Shown piece by piece: positions 1 through 13,539 of a stretch of 64,000 bases of DNA (position 1 is the first letter of the stretch; every line of letters begins with the position of its first letter). The translations under genes were made by a program, and so were the position numbers. The notes below the pieces were generated by a model. It saw nothing but the letters and a program-made list of their open reading frames with translations. It was not told the DNA's origin and did no database searches. The stretch comes from Eledone cirrhosa (lineage: Eukaryota). The stretch lies in the NCBI GenBank assembly GCA_964016885.1, contig OZ024763.1:26908001-26972000 (forward strand). Direction: 5' to 3'.

Positions 1-129
1 TGTTGGTGTTGTTGTTGATGTTGGTGGTGCTGTTGTTGTTGGTAGTGTTGTTGATGTTGATATTGTATGTATAGGTGTGTGTGTATGTATATATGTATGT
101 AAATGTGTGTATAGGTGTATGTATGTATT

Positions 130-166
<37 letters not shown>

Positions 167-513
167 GCATGTATATATGTATGTATGTTTATATGTGTAT
201 ATATACATATATATGTATATATATATATGTATGTATATATGTATGTATGTTTATATGTGTATATATATATGTGTGTATGTATATATGTATGTATGTTTAT
301 ATGTGTATATGTATATATATGTATATACATATATAAATGTATATATATATATATGTGTATATATATATATAGATGTGTGTATAGGTGTATGTGTGGTGTA
401 TACTTTGTATGTGTATATATTTTGTATATGTATGTATTTATATATATTATATATCCAACAGCATACGTTAGCTTGCCCACAACCAGAGCTCCGATTATGT
501 TGTACTACTTTCT

Positions 514-570
<57 letters not shown>

Positions 571-571
<1 letters not shown>

Positions 572-840
572 ACGAAGGAAATGTGGTAAGGAACCAGGTG
601 GACCATAACGCACCAAAGTACTCAATACTTGGGGTAGTAGAGTGGGTAATAGGAACCAGTAAGACCCCGACGGCTGAGCTCAAGCCGTTTCGACGGCTAA
701 TTCTGTACTGAATTAGCCGTCGAAATGGCTTGAGCTCAGCCGTCGGGGTCTTACTTGTTCCTATTACCCTCTCTACTACCCTAAGTATTGAGTACTTTGG
801 TGCGTTATGGTCCACCTGGTTCCTTACCACATTTCCTTCG

Positions 841-842
<2 letters not shown>
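571..842. mobile_element. Palindromic foldback element in (TA)n, 133-bp arms with 6-nt loop
   Basis: 571-703 is the near-perfect reverse complement of 710-842. Related copies at 23356-23506, 25494-25748, 49561-49600 and 61111-61228. Confidence 0.85.
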
Positions 843-907
<65 letters not shown>

Positions 908-952
908 GAGAGAGAGAGGAAGGAACATAATGAGAAAAATATGAGTGACTTA

Positions 953-999
<47 letters not shown>

Positions 1000-1048
1000 A
1001 TATATATATATATATATATCTATATATATATATATATATATATCTATA

Positions 1049-1095
<47 letters not shown>

Positions 1096-1388
1096 GTATG
1101 TATGTGTATAGATGTATGTGTACTACAACACCCCCATCTGTCCTTATTCAAATCTTCTTACCTCTCATTATCCATTCCAGAACCTTCTCTCATGTCCTTC
1201 ACATCCCATAATGACAAAAGACACGACACAACTTCTAACTTCTCCGCTGCATTCTCTACACCATATAACTGTATAACTGTATGTAAGCAGGATGCAGTTT
1301 CCTTGGCCTGCCTGGTAGATCAGTAACCCCACCCCACCCCAGTTCCAGTACTGAGTTAGTCTATGTACACCTGTGTCCAACCCTTGCT

Positions 1389-1438
1389 AGCAGAGGCAGG
1401 GCAAAATGGATCTTAAATGATGATGATAATGATGATGA

Positions 1439-1478
<40 letters not shown>

Positions 1479-1541
1479 CTCTACTTCTCTCTCTCTCCAC
1501 ACACACACACATATATATTGTTATTTTTGTTTACCTGTTAC

Positions 1542-1597
<56 letters not shown>

Positions 1598-1645
1598 ATA
1601 TATATATATGTATATGTGTATGTATATATGTATATATATATATAT

Positions 1646-1685
<40 letters not shown>

Positions 1686-1698
1686 ATATGTGTATGTA

Positions 1699-1781
<83 letters not shown>

Positions 1782-2275
1782 ATATGTGTATGTATATATG
1801 TATATATATGTATGTATATGTATGTATATATATTTATATATATATATAGCAGAGGCAGGGAAAATGGATCTTAAATGATGATGATAATGATGATGATGAT
1901 ATATATATGTGTACATGTGTATGTATATATGTATATATATGTATGTATGTATATATGTATGTATATGTATTTATATGTAAATATAAATATATATATATGT
2001 GTGTGTATGTATATATGTATATATATGTATGTATGTATATATGTATGTATATGTATTTATATGTATATATAAATATATATATATATATATGTGTATGTAT
2101 ATATGTATATATATGTATGTATGTATATATGTATGTATATATATTTATATGTATATATATATAGCAGAGGCAGGGAAAATGGATCTTAAATGATGATGAT
2201 AATGATAATGATGATGATATATATATGTGTATATGTGTATGTATATATGTATATATATGTATGTATGTATATATG

Positions 2276-2346
<71 letters not shown>

Positions 2347-2440
2347 ATATGTGTATGTATATATGTATATATATATGTATGTATGTATATATGTATGTAT
2401 ATATATATTTATATGTATATATATATATTTATACACACAC
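1389..2440. repeat. Three-fold segmental repeat of a retroposon-like tail (gcagaggcagggaaaatggatcttaaa(tga)n) plus microsatellite
   Basis: Motif recurs at about 1390, 1849 and 2164. Confidence 0.8.
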
Positions 2441-2506
2441 AAATATATGTATAAACACAGGTTTGTTAAATCGTGTTGTGCTTTAAATATTTCTCATAAA
2501 TTTAAT

Positions 2507-2540
<34 letters not shown>

Positions 2541-3197
2541 GGGGGGGGGGATAGAGAAAGATAGATAGCAAGAGGAGAGGGAGAAATAGAGGAGAAAAAC
2601 AACCACACACACACACACACAGATATATATATATAGAGAGAGGTAAAGGGTAGGGGGGGGGGCAGGATCAATAGAAACATCTGTTATCAGATAGGTAATA
2701 ATGTATTCAGAACAACAACAACAACATTATATGAGTGAATACCTGTGTGAAGTCCTCTTACCTTTGTCATTGTTCAAATAAAAGAAGAAACAATTATATA
2801 TGTCAAAATAATCAACAGGTGTTTACTGTAGCTCTTACAGGTTCGGTCCTAGCTGAACATAGTCTTACTGAACTAAGCTGGTAATTCCACACACACAACA
2901 TACATACATACATACATAAATGGGACAGTAAAAATATGTAAAACATTCCAAAAATTTTGCATCTAATAACTGCATATACACATGTACAGATATAAAGCAT
3001 ATACACATGCACACATACAACTCAAAACATCCACATCCACAGATACAATAACATCCATATCTACACATGCATGCATGCAGACATACATATCTACCTAGTT
3101 GATGTTGTGTAAATTCCAATGAGAGAGTCTTGTGTCTATGTTAGAAACCGACTCTCGCTCTATTGGTAAAACTTTGTGAAATTATAAAACCAGAAGA

Positions 3198-3256
<59 letters not shown>

Positions 3257-3832
3257 AGGCATGTGGTCTAGTGGTAAGGGTGTTGTCGTGGGTTCGATTT
3301 CTGGGTTGTGTGTTGTGTTCTTGAGCAAAACACTTCATTTCTCGTTGCTCCAGTATACTCAGCTGAAAATGAGTACCAGCAATAGTTGGTGCTTTAACTG
3401 CGATGGACTGACATCCTGTCCAGGGGCTAGTCTTGTACTCTTAGTTGCTTCATGCCATTAGACTGGCATAAGCACCGGTCAAATGACCCTTATGGATTAA
3501 GACAGACTTTATATATATACCCCCACCCCATCCACACCACCCCTTTCGATGTAAAGTTATGTTGGTACCACAACATCCAGTCCGAAATAAATGAGGTCGT
3601 GTAGGTGTCACGACAAAAAAACAACACACAGTCCACGCTGTAATGTGGCCGTGTAGGTAACACGGTGAAAACCTGCCAGTCCACACTGTAAACGTGGTTG
3701 GTGTTAGGAAGGGCATCCAGCCATAGAAAACCCACCAGACAGTCCTATATGAGCAAGATAACCAATCTTGCCTCAAGTGGGAAAATTCCCGTCCAAACCC
3801 ATGCAAGCGTGGAAGATGGACGATGATGATGA

Positions 3833-3881
<49 letters not shown>

Positions 3882-4162
3882 ATATAGCAGGAAGAGGGTC
3901 TTAACGTTTTGGACGCTAGTCTTTCATCATAAGAAAGTATGAGAAATAAGACCACAGTAAGTAAGGTACTCAATACATAGCAGAGTATAAATATTTAATA
4001 TAGAAATGGCTTCTACAGGACTAGAGGAAACAGTTCTAAACCTGTAGAGACCATTTCTATATTAAATTTTATATATATATATGTATATATATATATGGTG
4101 TTTCAAAAAATGTATACATCATTCTAATAAATATTGCCTATATATTTTTGGGGGACATATAT

Positions 4163-4210
<48 letters not shown>

Positions 4211-4507
4211 TTACATACTACTATAGTTAGTCACTATATCATTTTATCATGATCATTCAACCCTCTGAAACGATCGTAAAGCAACACATTGTTTAAGCAC
4301 TAAACGTCACGTTTTATTTTCATTTTTCAACATATACATACATGTATAGATTTGATGTGATTTTTGTTGTGTTAACACTGGTCTGAGGATCAGGCAGACT
4401 TGGAGTCTGGTCTGGGATGTCTCCCAGATCACGAGCCAGCTGCTTGAGAAACATTTGTAACTGGGTTGAGCAATAAATCTCATATGTAAAACCTCCACTT
4501 TGTTCTT

Positions 4508-4558
<51 letters not shown>

Positions 4559-4588
4559 AGAACAAAAGATGGTTAAAAGAGTTCCATG

Positions 4589-4659
4589 TATTTTATTATG
4601 CGCATTTCAAAAACAAATATCATCATGCAATAATATTTGTGTTTTCATCAGATAAAACA
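4589..4659 (-). ncRNA. Mirror copy of the family A hammerhead
   Basis: Reverse complement of 4889-4959 within the 4549-4999 palindrome. Confidence 0.75.
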
Positions 4660-4888
4660 GGAAGACATGATATGAAGGTTAAAAAACACTTGTGGATAGT
4701 GCAGTTTTAAATCAACATATGAAGAGTAGTTTTAGATTGATGTGTGATTGATGTGTGATATTGGGAAAAATAAAATATTTTTCCCAATATCACACATCAA
4801 TCACACATCAATCTAAAACTACTCTTCATATGTTGATTTAAAACTGCACTATCCACAAGTGTTTTTTAACCTTCATATCATGTCTTCC

Positions 4889-4959
4889 TGTTTTATCTGA
4901 TGAAAACACAAATATTATTGCATGATGATATTTGTTTTTGAAATGCGCATAATAAAATA
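4889..4959 (+). ncRNA. Type-I hammerhead ribozyme fold, family A (minimal palindromic stem III)
   Basis: Stem I tgttttat/ataaaata; CTGATGA 4897-4903; long stem II (acaaatat/atatttgt); GAAA 4940-4943; palindromic TGCGCA; AUA cleavage triplet. Confidence 0.75.
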
Positions 4960-5600
4960 CATGGAACTCTTTTAACCATCTTTTGTTCTTATATATTATG
5001 TATACTCCAGTCCTACAAACTGTAGAGTGCTTCTTATCCGATATCTGCATTGCTTTATTGTACTACAATAAAACTCACCTCCTACATATATATATATATA
5101 AGTTTATCCCGGGTTCAATCTGTTCCATTCGGGAGAAATCATCAGGAAGCTCTGATGATTTCTTCCGAATGAAACAGTTCTAGTCCTGTAGAAACCATTT
5201 CTATATTAAATATTATTTATTAAGTATTTATACTCTGCTATTTAATGAGTACCTTACTTACTGTGGTTACTGCCGATTGAACCCGAGATAAACATATATA
5301 TATATATATATATATAGACATATATACACATATATATAAGTTCAGATCTAGCTGTTGAAACTGTTTTAACTTCTCCAACTACTTCTTTCCCGTTTTTATA
5401 TTTAAACGAAATTCTTTATACATATATATATATTGTTATATTTGGGGAGGGTCAAATTGTTATAATATTGCCAAGAAATATATAATAAAACAGACTCACT
5501 GTTTGGCTGGGCTTGATTTTGGCTTCAGTATATTTTATATCCCTATAGTTAATTTAGCTGGCAATGAATGTTTATATATATATATAACAGACCAGGATTT

Positions 5601-5660
5601 TTTCATTCTGATGATTGAAAGCAAAATTTGTTGCTTTTAAGAAACCACTGGTAAATGGAA
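5601..5660 (+). ncRNA. Type-I hammerhead ribozyme fold, family B
   Basis: Stem I tttcatt/aatggaa; CTGATGA 5608-5614; 10-bp stem II ttgaaagcaa/ttgcttttaa; GAAA 5641-5644; stem III CC-act-GG; GUA triplet. Confidence 0.75.
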
Positions 5661-5689
5661 TAATTGCCTTATGTTGTTTATTACATAAC

Positions 5690-5755
<66 letters not shown>

Positions 5756-6411
5756 TTTACAAAATTATTTAAAACATCACATTCCAGAAGAGTGTGAATA
5801 ACTTTTATTACATGCTGAATCTCCCTGAGAATTACGTTAATGATACACGTGTCTGTAGAATGCGCAGGTAGTTCCGTTTATCGTATAACTGGAACGCTCG
5901 TGGTCGAAAGCGATGTAAGACCATCTCATAAACATGTGTTGATTTCCAGCCCCGTTCTCTATATAAGGCATTCGTTTGTCTGCAGTCACTTCGTTAGGGA
6001 AGGAAGGAAGGAAGTGGTTTTTATTTTATTGACCTCGAAAAGACGAAAAGCAAAGTTGACCTCGATAGGATTTGAACTCAGAAAGAGCCGTAACTAATAC
6101 CACGAAATATTCTGACGTTTTAACGACTCTGCCAAGTCACAGTTGTCTCCCTTAGATTATTTCAATCAAGGGACGTTACTGCAGCCGAGTCAACCGCAAT
6201 AGCTGATTAATCGCCCCTCCCCGCTTATTAATTTTTCATTTTCTTTTTCCAACCGGCCCTCCCTGCTTATTAAATTTTGCTAATCTATCCCCGGTGAAAT
6301 TCTATTGATACAGCAGCTTGCCTTTCATCCTTACGGGGTCGATAATATAAAGTACCAGTAATACACTGGGTAATTGCTGGCCTTGTGCCAAAAGTAGAAA
6401 CAATTATTTTA

Positions 6412-6686
6412 TCTATATTACTAAAACAGAATGTCTGTTTGTCTGTCTGTTCAATCACTAAAACTCGAGAACCACCCAACCGATTGTTTTCAAACTTTAC
6501 ACATGTAATACTTATGGTCCTGAGCAAAAAGATTTTCAAATTTTCAATGCCATAGGCGATTTAACGATCTTTTTCTCTCTCTCTTAGTCTTTCGCTTTTT
6601 AGATAGATACATAGATATTACGTCGCGCCATTATAATATCTGTCTGTATGCCTGACTGTCTGCATTACGTCATTATGACGCGATCA

Positions 6687-6718
<32 letters not shown>

Positions 6719-7221
6719 TCTTATGCCAGGGAACGTCTTCACGAATCAAAGTATCGTCTTCCTGTTTTCCTTCGGTTGCAACGTTTTTCGAAATGTTTAC
6801 ATCTGCGTTCACTGATTGATTTTTTTAAAATTTTAGTTTCAGAAGATCCCGTTAAGGGTGAAAACAGCGATTCTTTGCTTGTTAATATGTTATTTTAATA
6901 TAGATATCCGTGTACAGATATTTTTGCATACATAGAAACAAAATATAAACAAACAAGGCCAACGATTACATTAGTTAGTCTTAGTGTACTTCATACTGCT
7001 TTTAGGTAGAAGATCCCGTTAAGGGTGAAAGCAGCGATTCTTTGCTTAAATTTTAATCTGTTATTTTAATATATATACATAATTATATATTCGTGTACAG
7101 ATATTTTTGCATACACAATAACAAAATATAAATAAACGTATTTATTTCACGAGGTTTGATAAGGATAAATATATATCAAATATATAAGAACCCTAGAGCA
7201 AATCCCGAGCCATTCTGCTAG
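6412..7221 (+). mobile_element. Non-autonomous Helitron-like element
   Basis: 5' A|TC start (tctatattactaaaac), internal (gtct)n, 3' subterminal cccgagccattctg and CTAG|T end. Confidence 0.5.
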
Positions 7222-7699
7222 TTTTACATAAAAACAACATTACATATGATGAGAAAAAAAAAAACGTTACAAGAAATGCCATAAGAAATATATATGAGGG
7301 AATATGTGTATGCGCACACATATATATATATATATATAAGATTTATATATTTATTCATTCATTCAAATGCCGGCCCAAATTGAGGTACATCCTATAAGCC
7401 CACGCATCTAACAAGCCGTCGAATACAGCACACACGCACACACACATATGTATATATCAAGTAAGAATATTTTCGAATCAGTGAGCAGGTTTGAAATTAT
7501 TATAAATGTAAGCTGTCGCCGTATTTTGACTAAAGAAATAATTTAGCCTGATAGTGGGGTTATATATATATATGTTAACATATTCAAATACGTACCTTAG
7601 CAAAAATTTCATTTAAAAAGGGGTTTCCATTTAAATTAAAATATTCCAACACAATTCTATGTAATAACCACTTGTTACTAATACTATCGTAACAATAGT

Positions 7700-8552
7700 C
7701 TGATATAGGCACAAGGCCAACCAATTTTGGGGGAGGTGATTAAAAGTCGATTATATCAACCCAGTACATTACTGGTACTTTATTTTATAGACTTCGTAAG
7801 GATGAAAGACAAAGCTAACCTCGGCGGGATTGGTTTCTGATTTAGGCACAAGGTGGGAAATTCGATTAAATCGACCCAATAAGGATGAAACGTAAAGCTA
7901 ACCTTGGTGGGATTTGAACCCAGAATATAAAGGGACATAACTGCTGTAAAGTATGTTCGACGTTCTGCCCAAACAATTGTTTCTACTTTAGGCACAAGGC
8001 CAGCAAATACCCAGTGCATTACTGGTACTTTATTTTATCGACCCCGTAAGGATGAAAGGCAAAGTCAACCTTGGCAGGCCCAAATAATGGTTTCTGATTT
8101 AGACACAAGGCCAACAATTTTGGGAGAGGGAAATCGATTAAATTGACACAAGTATCTTACTGGTACTTTATTTTATTGACCCTGTAAGGATGAAAAGCAA
8201 AGCTAACCTTGGCAGAATTTGAACTCAGAACACAAATGGACACTAATATATGCCGCAAAGCATGTTGCTCTACCGATTCTACTGCCAATCCACCACCCTA
8301 GTTACTATCGTAATAATTGTTTCTACTTTTGGCACAAGGCCAGCAATAACCCAGTGTATTACTGGTACTTTATTTTATCGACCCCATAAGGATGAAAGGC
8401 AAAGTTAACCTCGGCGGGATTTGAACTCAGAATAGCAAGGGCCGTAACTCTATGCGTCAAAGCATGGCGTCCGACCCTCTACCGATACTGCCAATCTACT
8501 ATCGTAATAATGATTTCTGATTTAGGCACAAGGTCAACAATTTTGGGAGAGG

Positions 8553-8593
<41 letters not shown>

Positions 8594-9620
8594 GACCTCA
8601 GTGGGTTACTGGTACTTTATTTTAGCAGCCCTGTAAAGGTGAAAGGTATATCAAACCTTGACATCATTTGAACTCAGAATGTAAAGGGCCGGAACTATAT
8701 GCCACAAAGCATGTTCGACACTACCGATACTGCCAATTCACTGGCATATCCTAATTTAATTAATTTTTTATTTTTTATTACACCTGTTTCTGTGACAGAT
8801 GTAATATAGTTCTCAGGTGTGGAGAGACAGAAAGTGAGTCATTTACGACCGACTTATAGACGATATTTGTTAAAAAAAACATTAAAAAAAAATCATAGGA
8901 AATAAAATAATTGTTTCTATTTTAGGCACAAGGCCAGCAATTACCCAGTTCATTACTGGTACTTTATTTTATCGACCCCATAAGGATGAAAGGCAAAGTC
9001 AACCTCGGTGGGATTTGAACTCAGATCGTAAAGGGACGCAACTATGCTGGAAAGCATGGCGTCCGACCCTCTACCGATACTGCCAATCCACCGCCCATAG
9101 GAAATAAAATAAAGTATCATGTGTGATGTAGGTAGGTGTAATAAAAAAAAAAAAAAAAGAAAAATAGCAAAGATTGTAGTAAATCCAAGTTCTTCGTTAA
9201 TTAATAGTAATAATGTTTTCTGACTTAGGCACGTGGCCAACAATTTTTGGAGAGAGGGGGAAGTCATTACTGGTACTTTATTTTCTCGACCCCCATAAAG
9301 ATGAAAGGCAAATTTAATCTTGGCACGATTTGATCACAATATGTTTTCTGATGTAGGCACATGGCTAAGCATTTTTGAGGAGGGAAAGTTGATTAAACCG
9401 ATCCCAGTGCATTATAGGTAGTTTTATGACCCCATAAGGATGAAAGACAAAGTTAACCCTGGCAGGATTTGATCTCATATTTTCTGATTTAGGTACACAG
9501 TCAACAATTTTGGAGGAGAGGAAAGCGTATTACTGGTACTTTGTCTTTCATCCTTACGGGGTTGATAAGAGAAAGCTAACCATAACAGGATTTGAACTCG
9601 GAATGTAAAGAGATATAACT
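7700..9620 (-). mobile_element. Dense cluster of tRNA-derived SINE family 1 copies and fragments
   Basis: Repeated tactggtactttattttatcgaccccgtaaggatgaaaggcaaagttaacctcggcgggatttgaactc, containing the B-box gttcaaatc on the minus strand. Confidence 0.85.
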
Positions 9621-10919
9621 ATTGATAGAAAGAAAAACAACACAAGACAGTATTATATAAAGATATATATGTAAAAAATAATGGTCATATTTATTTGAAA
9701 GAAATCAACTTTGAAATCACATTAGAAATGAAAACGTCATGACAGTTGATACCCCTGAGAAAGCCCTTACCATGAAAATATAATAGTAAATATAGAGTAA
9801 TGTAAATTCTAAAGGGTTATGAGATTCTTTCAATATAAATAGTTTTGCATTCATCTTTGAGGACCACCATCAAGAATGTGTTTGATTGTCTCAAGAAAGT
9901 CGGGTTTAATTTAGAGAACGATTTTGATTATTTCAACGTATAAAGTTGTGTTTTTATCTTGGGGAACAGATAAACAAAAAAAAAAAAAAAAAAATCAATA
10001 ATCATTTAAAAAAAATATTTAACCATCAACAAACATTGAGTATCCGTAGCCAATCTCTCGGACTTTTACGAAGTGCTGAGAGGATGAAGTTATAACAGAG
10101 CGGTGTGCTCAGGCATGGAGATGCTGTAAAATAGCTTACATAATAGGGTGAAGACCCTTAATCCTTTAGCATTTAAACTGGCCATATCCGGCTGGAATGC
10201 TCTCACTTCTTTCTGTTCAAACTGGCTGTAACCGGCCGCTCATACTGATGTTAAGGTATTGTTCTCATATAAAAATTTCATAGATTCAATATTATGCGAG
10301 TTAATTATGTCAGGTAGAGCCTTTACCACAAAAATATAATAGTATCGACAGTCGATCAACTTTCGTCAAATCGGACCGAGGAAACAATGTTTCCATTGCT
10401 CTTTCCAATTGCTAATACTATCTATCAGTCGCAACTCCAGGCAGAAGGAACATCATGAAATAAAGTGTTTTGCTCAAGGACATATCCATCTCCTGGTCTG
10501 GGAATCAAACTCACAACTGCGAATCCAATTCTCTAACCACTCAGCCACGTGTCCTTTATAGAGTAATGTAAATGCTAAAGGGTTAAAGACTGAAGTTGCC
10601 ATTTCGTTGCAAACCACTCTTTATATCACGCTTAACAATATGTTGTACAGTTTCTTATTTTCATAAAGTAAATATTTATTCATAGAAAACTCCTACCCCA
10701 TACCATCCTGATCCGATCACATCCTACCTCGGTCAGGCCCAACTTTCGAAGTGACAATGTGGAGACCATGTCACTTTAGCATTTCTGAGCCACAACCCTA
10801 ATTATTTGATACACCGTCTCACTGTATGGTTATACAGCAGTGATTTGTTACTAGCCAAGTAATTAGTAAGAACTGTATATTAAATGTTGAATCAAAGTGA
10901 CTAACGAGGTCAATAGACA

Positions 10920-11080
10920 TTAGCGCGAGGTCGCCAAACTTTAGCGCAAGGTCGCCAAACTTTAGCGCAAGGTCGCCAAACTTTAGCGCAAGGTCGCCAA
11001 ACTTTAGCGCAAGGTCGCCAAACTTTAGCGCGAGGTCGCCAAACTTTAGCGCGAGGTCGCCAAACTTTAGCACGAGGTCA
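10920..11080. repeat. 21-bp minisatellite, about 7.5 copies
   Basis: Unit tttagcgcaaggtcgccaaac. Confidence 0.95.
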
Positions 11081-11185
11081 CGATTCACTCCAGATTTCAT
11101 TGATCCATTACACACAAAAAAAAAATAAATATATACACATTTCCTTTAGTATTCCTATTTTTTTTTTGTCACATTTTTTCTGTTT

Positions 11186-11583
11186 TCATTCGCAAAACGT
11201 GCGATAGGCTGCAACTAAATTGTTCCAGTTCTCTTCCATTTCATCATGGATAGTTTTAGAATTACCATAACATCTGCGTAACAAGTTCAAATTCTGTACA
11301 CAGTTGTGAAATGACTCCGGTTCTTGTGTTGGCCCCAAATCTGCATTCATTATGTTTTTTCGTAATGTTACTTCCTCCTGGAAGAGTTCCAGCAGTAGTT
11401 GGTTTACCACTTTATATTGGCCCTGTAGCTCTTTCATACACTCGTTGAAACTGTTAAATAGTTGCAGAGAGGGGATTAATAACTTGTTTGCCATGTCACC
11501 AGTTTTAGACGCTAGTTCTTCTTCGTCGAATGATATTATCATACAATACTTGTGAGTCCGCAGCAGTTCCACTCGGGTTTTTT
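11186..11583 (-). CDS. Terminal coding exon of an uncharacterised spliced gene (helical protein)
   Basis: Acceptor tttctgttttatttctag at 11585-11584, then 398 nt open to TGA (KTRVELLRTHKYC...AAYRTFCE). Protein-like composition. The phase-1 start matches the exon at 13845-13989. Confidence 0.78.
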
Positions 11584-11631
11584 CTAGAAATAAAACAGAA
11601 ATGGAATGAACAACAAAAGAAGATAAGAAAA

Positions 11632-11669
<38 letters not shown>

Positions 11670-11754
11670 CTGGAAACAAAACAGAAAAAAACCCCCAGAC
11701 AACAGAGATGGAGTTATTCTTGTAAATAGGCTGATGCACACAGACACATACAGA

Positions 11755-11965
11755 ATCACACACACAGAGGCAGTGACACAGTCATACACACACACAGAGG
11801 CAGTGACACAGTCATACACACACAGAGGCAGTGACACAGTCATACACACACACAGAGGCAGTGACACAGTCATACACACACAGAGGCAGTGACACAGTCA
11901 TACACACACAGAGAGGCAGAGGCAGTGACAGTCATACACACAGAGGCAGTGACAGTCATACACAC
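11755..11965. repeat. About 28-30 bp minisatellite
   Basis: Unit cacagaggcagtgacacagtcataca. Confidence 0.9.
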
Positions 11966-12354
11966 ACATCCACACCTCTACACACACACACACCTACTGT
12001 CTCCCCCCTCCCCCACCTACTTAATGACAGGATTAAACAGTAATTCTGTTAAAGTAAAGTTTAATCTAGTAAGAATTTACAACTTTCTGAAGCACTTGTG
12101 CTGGAATGACTGGATTCTTTGTTCCACGTCTGCTGAGAGAGCCCAACTCTCACACCCATACTAAAGGATCATTTAGCTTTACCATATAGCGGTTGTGGTT
12201 GGTGTTAGGAATGGCATCCAGCTGTAGAAAACCTGCCAGAAACAGTTCTGTACAAGTGAGACAAGGTCACCTGACCAATCTTGCCTCAAGCGAGACAAAC
12301 CCGTCCAACCCATGCTAGCGTGGAAGATGGACGCGAAACGATTATGATGATGAA

Positions 12355-13300
12355 GCAGAAACGTGGCCCGTCACAAAGATCCTGGTAAAGAAGTTTGAAG
12401 ACTTTGATAGTAGAACCCTGAGGACTATTGAGAACATTAGATGGTATCACAACGTTTCCAACAAAGAGTTACATACATGCACCAGCCTACAACCTCATAG
12501 CCAAGGTTACTAAATATATGGAGCAGAAATGTGGCCCCTCACAAAGATCCTGGTAAAGAAGTTTGAAGACTTTGATAGTAAAACCCTGAGGACTATTGAG
12601 AACATTAGATGGTATCACAACGTTTCCAACAAAGAGTTACATACATGCACCAGCCTACAACCTCATAGCCAAGGTTACTAAATATATGGAGCAGAAATGT
12701 GGCCCCTCACAAAGATCCTGGTAAAGAAGTTTGAAGACTTTGATAGTAGAACCCTGAGGACTATTGAGAACATTAGATGGTATCACAACGTTTCCAACAA
12801 AGAGTTACATACATGCACCAGCCTACAACCTCATAGCCAAGGTTACTAAATATATGGAGCAGAAATGTGGCCCCTCACAAAGATCCTGGTAAAGAAGTTT
12901 GAAGACTTTGATAGTAGAACCCTGAGGACTATTGAGAACATTAGATGGTATCACAACGTTTCCAACAAAGAGTTACATACATGCACCAGCCTACAACCTC
13001 ATAGCCAAGGTTACTAAATATATGGAGCAGAAATGTGGCCCCTCACAAAGATCCTGGTAAAGAAGTTTGAAGACTTTGATAGTAGAACCCTGAGGACTAT
13101 TGAGAACATTAGATGGTATCACAACGTTTCCAACAAAGAGTTACATGCATGCACCAGCCTACAACCTCATAGCCAAGGTTACTAAATATATGGAGCAGAA
13201 ATGTGGCCCCTCACAAAGACCCTGGCAAAGAGGATTGAAAACTTCGATAGCTGAACCTTGAGGATATCAGATGGGGTCACCAGGTTTCCAACAAAGAGTT
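12355..13300 (+). repeat. 168-bp tandem array (5 full copies plus one) derived from RTE LINE ORF2 C-terminal coding sequence
   Basis: gcagaa recurs at 12355, 12523, 12691, 12859, 13027 and 13195. The unit translates YGAEMWPLTKILVKKFEDFDSRTLRTIENIRWYHNVSNKEL with one stop per unit. Confidence 0.88.
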
Positions 13301-13539
13301 ATATGCGTGCATGCACCAGCCTGCCACCTCACAGCCATCCGCCACATGCATTGGTATGAACATGTCCTCTGCTTTCCACCAGATCATCCTACCAGGGCCT
13401 TACTCTTGTTCACCACAGCTAAAGGCTGGAAGAGGCCTTGAGGTTGGCTCTGCACCAGGTGGCTCGATGTCATTAAGGAAGATCTCCAGAGGCTTGATGT
13501 CATCTTAGAGGGGGAAGAGGGGCTGACATGTGACCACCA

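Larger units (their letters stand above)
4549..4999. mobile_element. Long palindrome, about 224-bp arms with 3-nt loop, one hammerhead per arm
   Basis: Arms 4549-4772 and 4776-4999 are reverse complements. A single-arm, internally deleted copy lies at 39603-39770. Confidence 0.88.

Noticed and set aside
3254-3345. tRNA-like sequences (also at 14878, 24654 and 35897)
   Set aside because: These are SINE heads with A/B boxes but no complete cloverleaf, and they continue into SINE cores.
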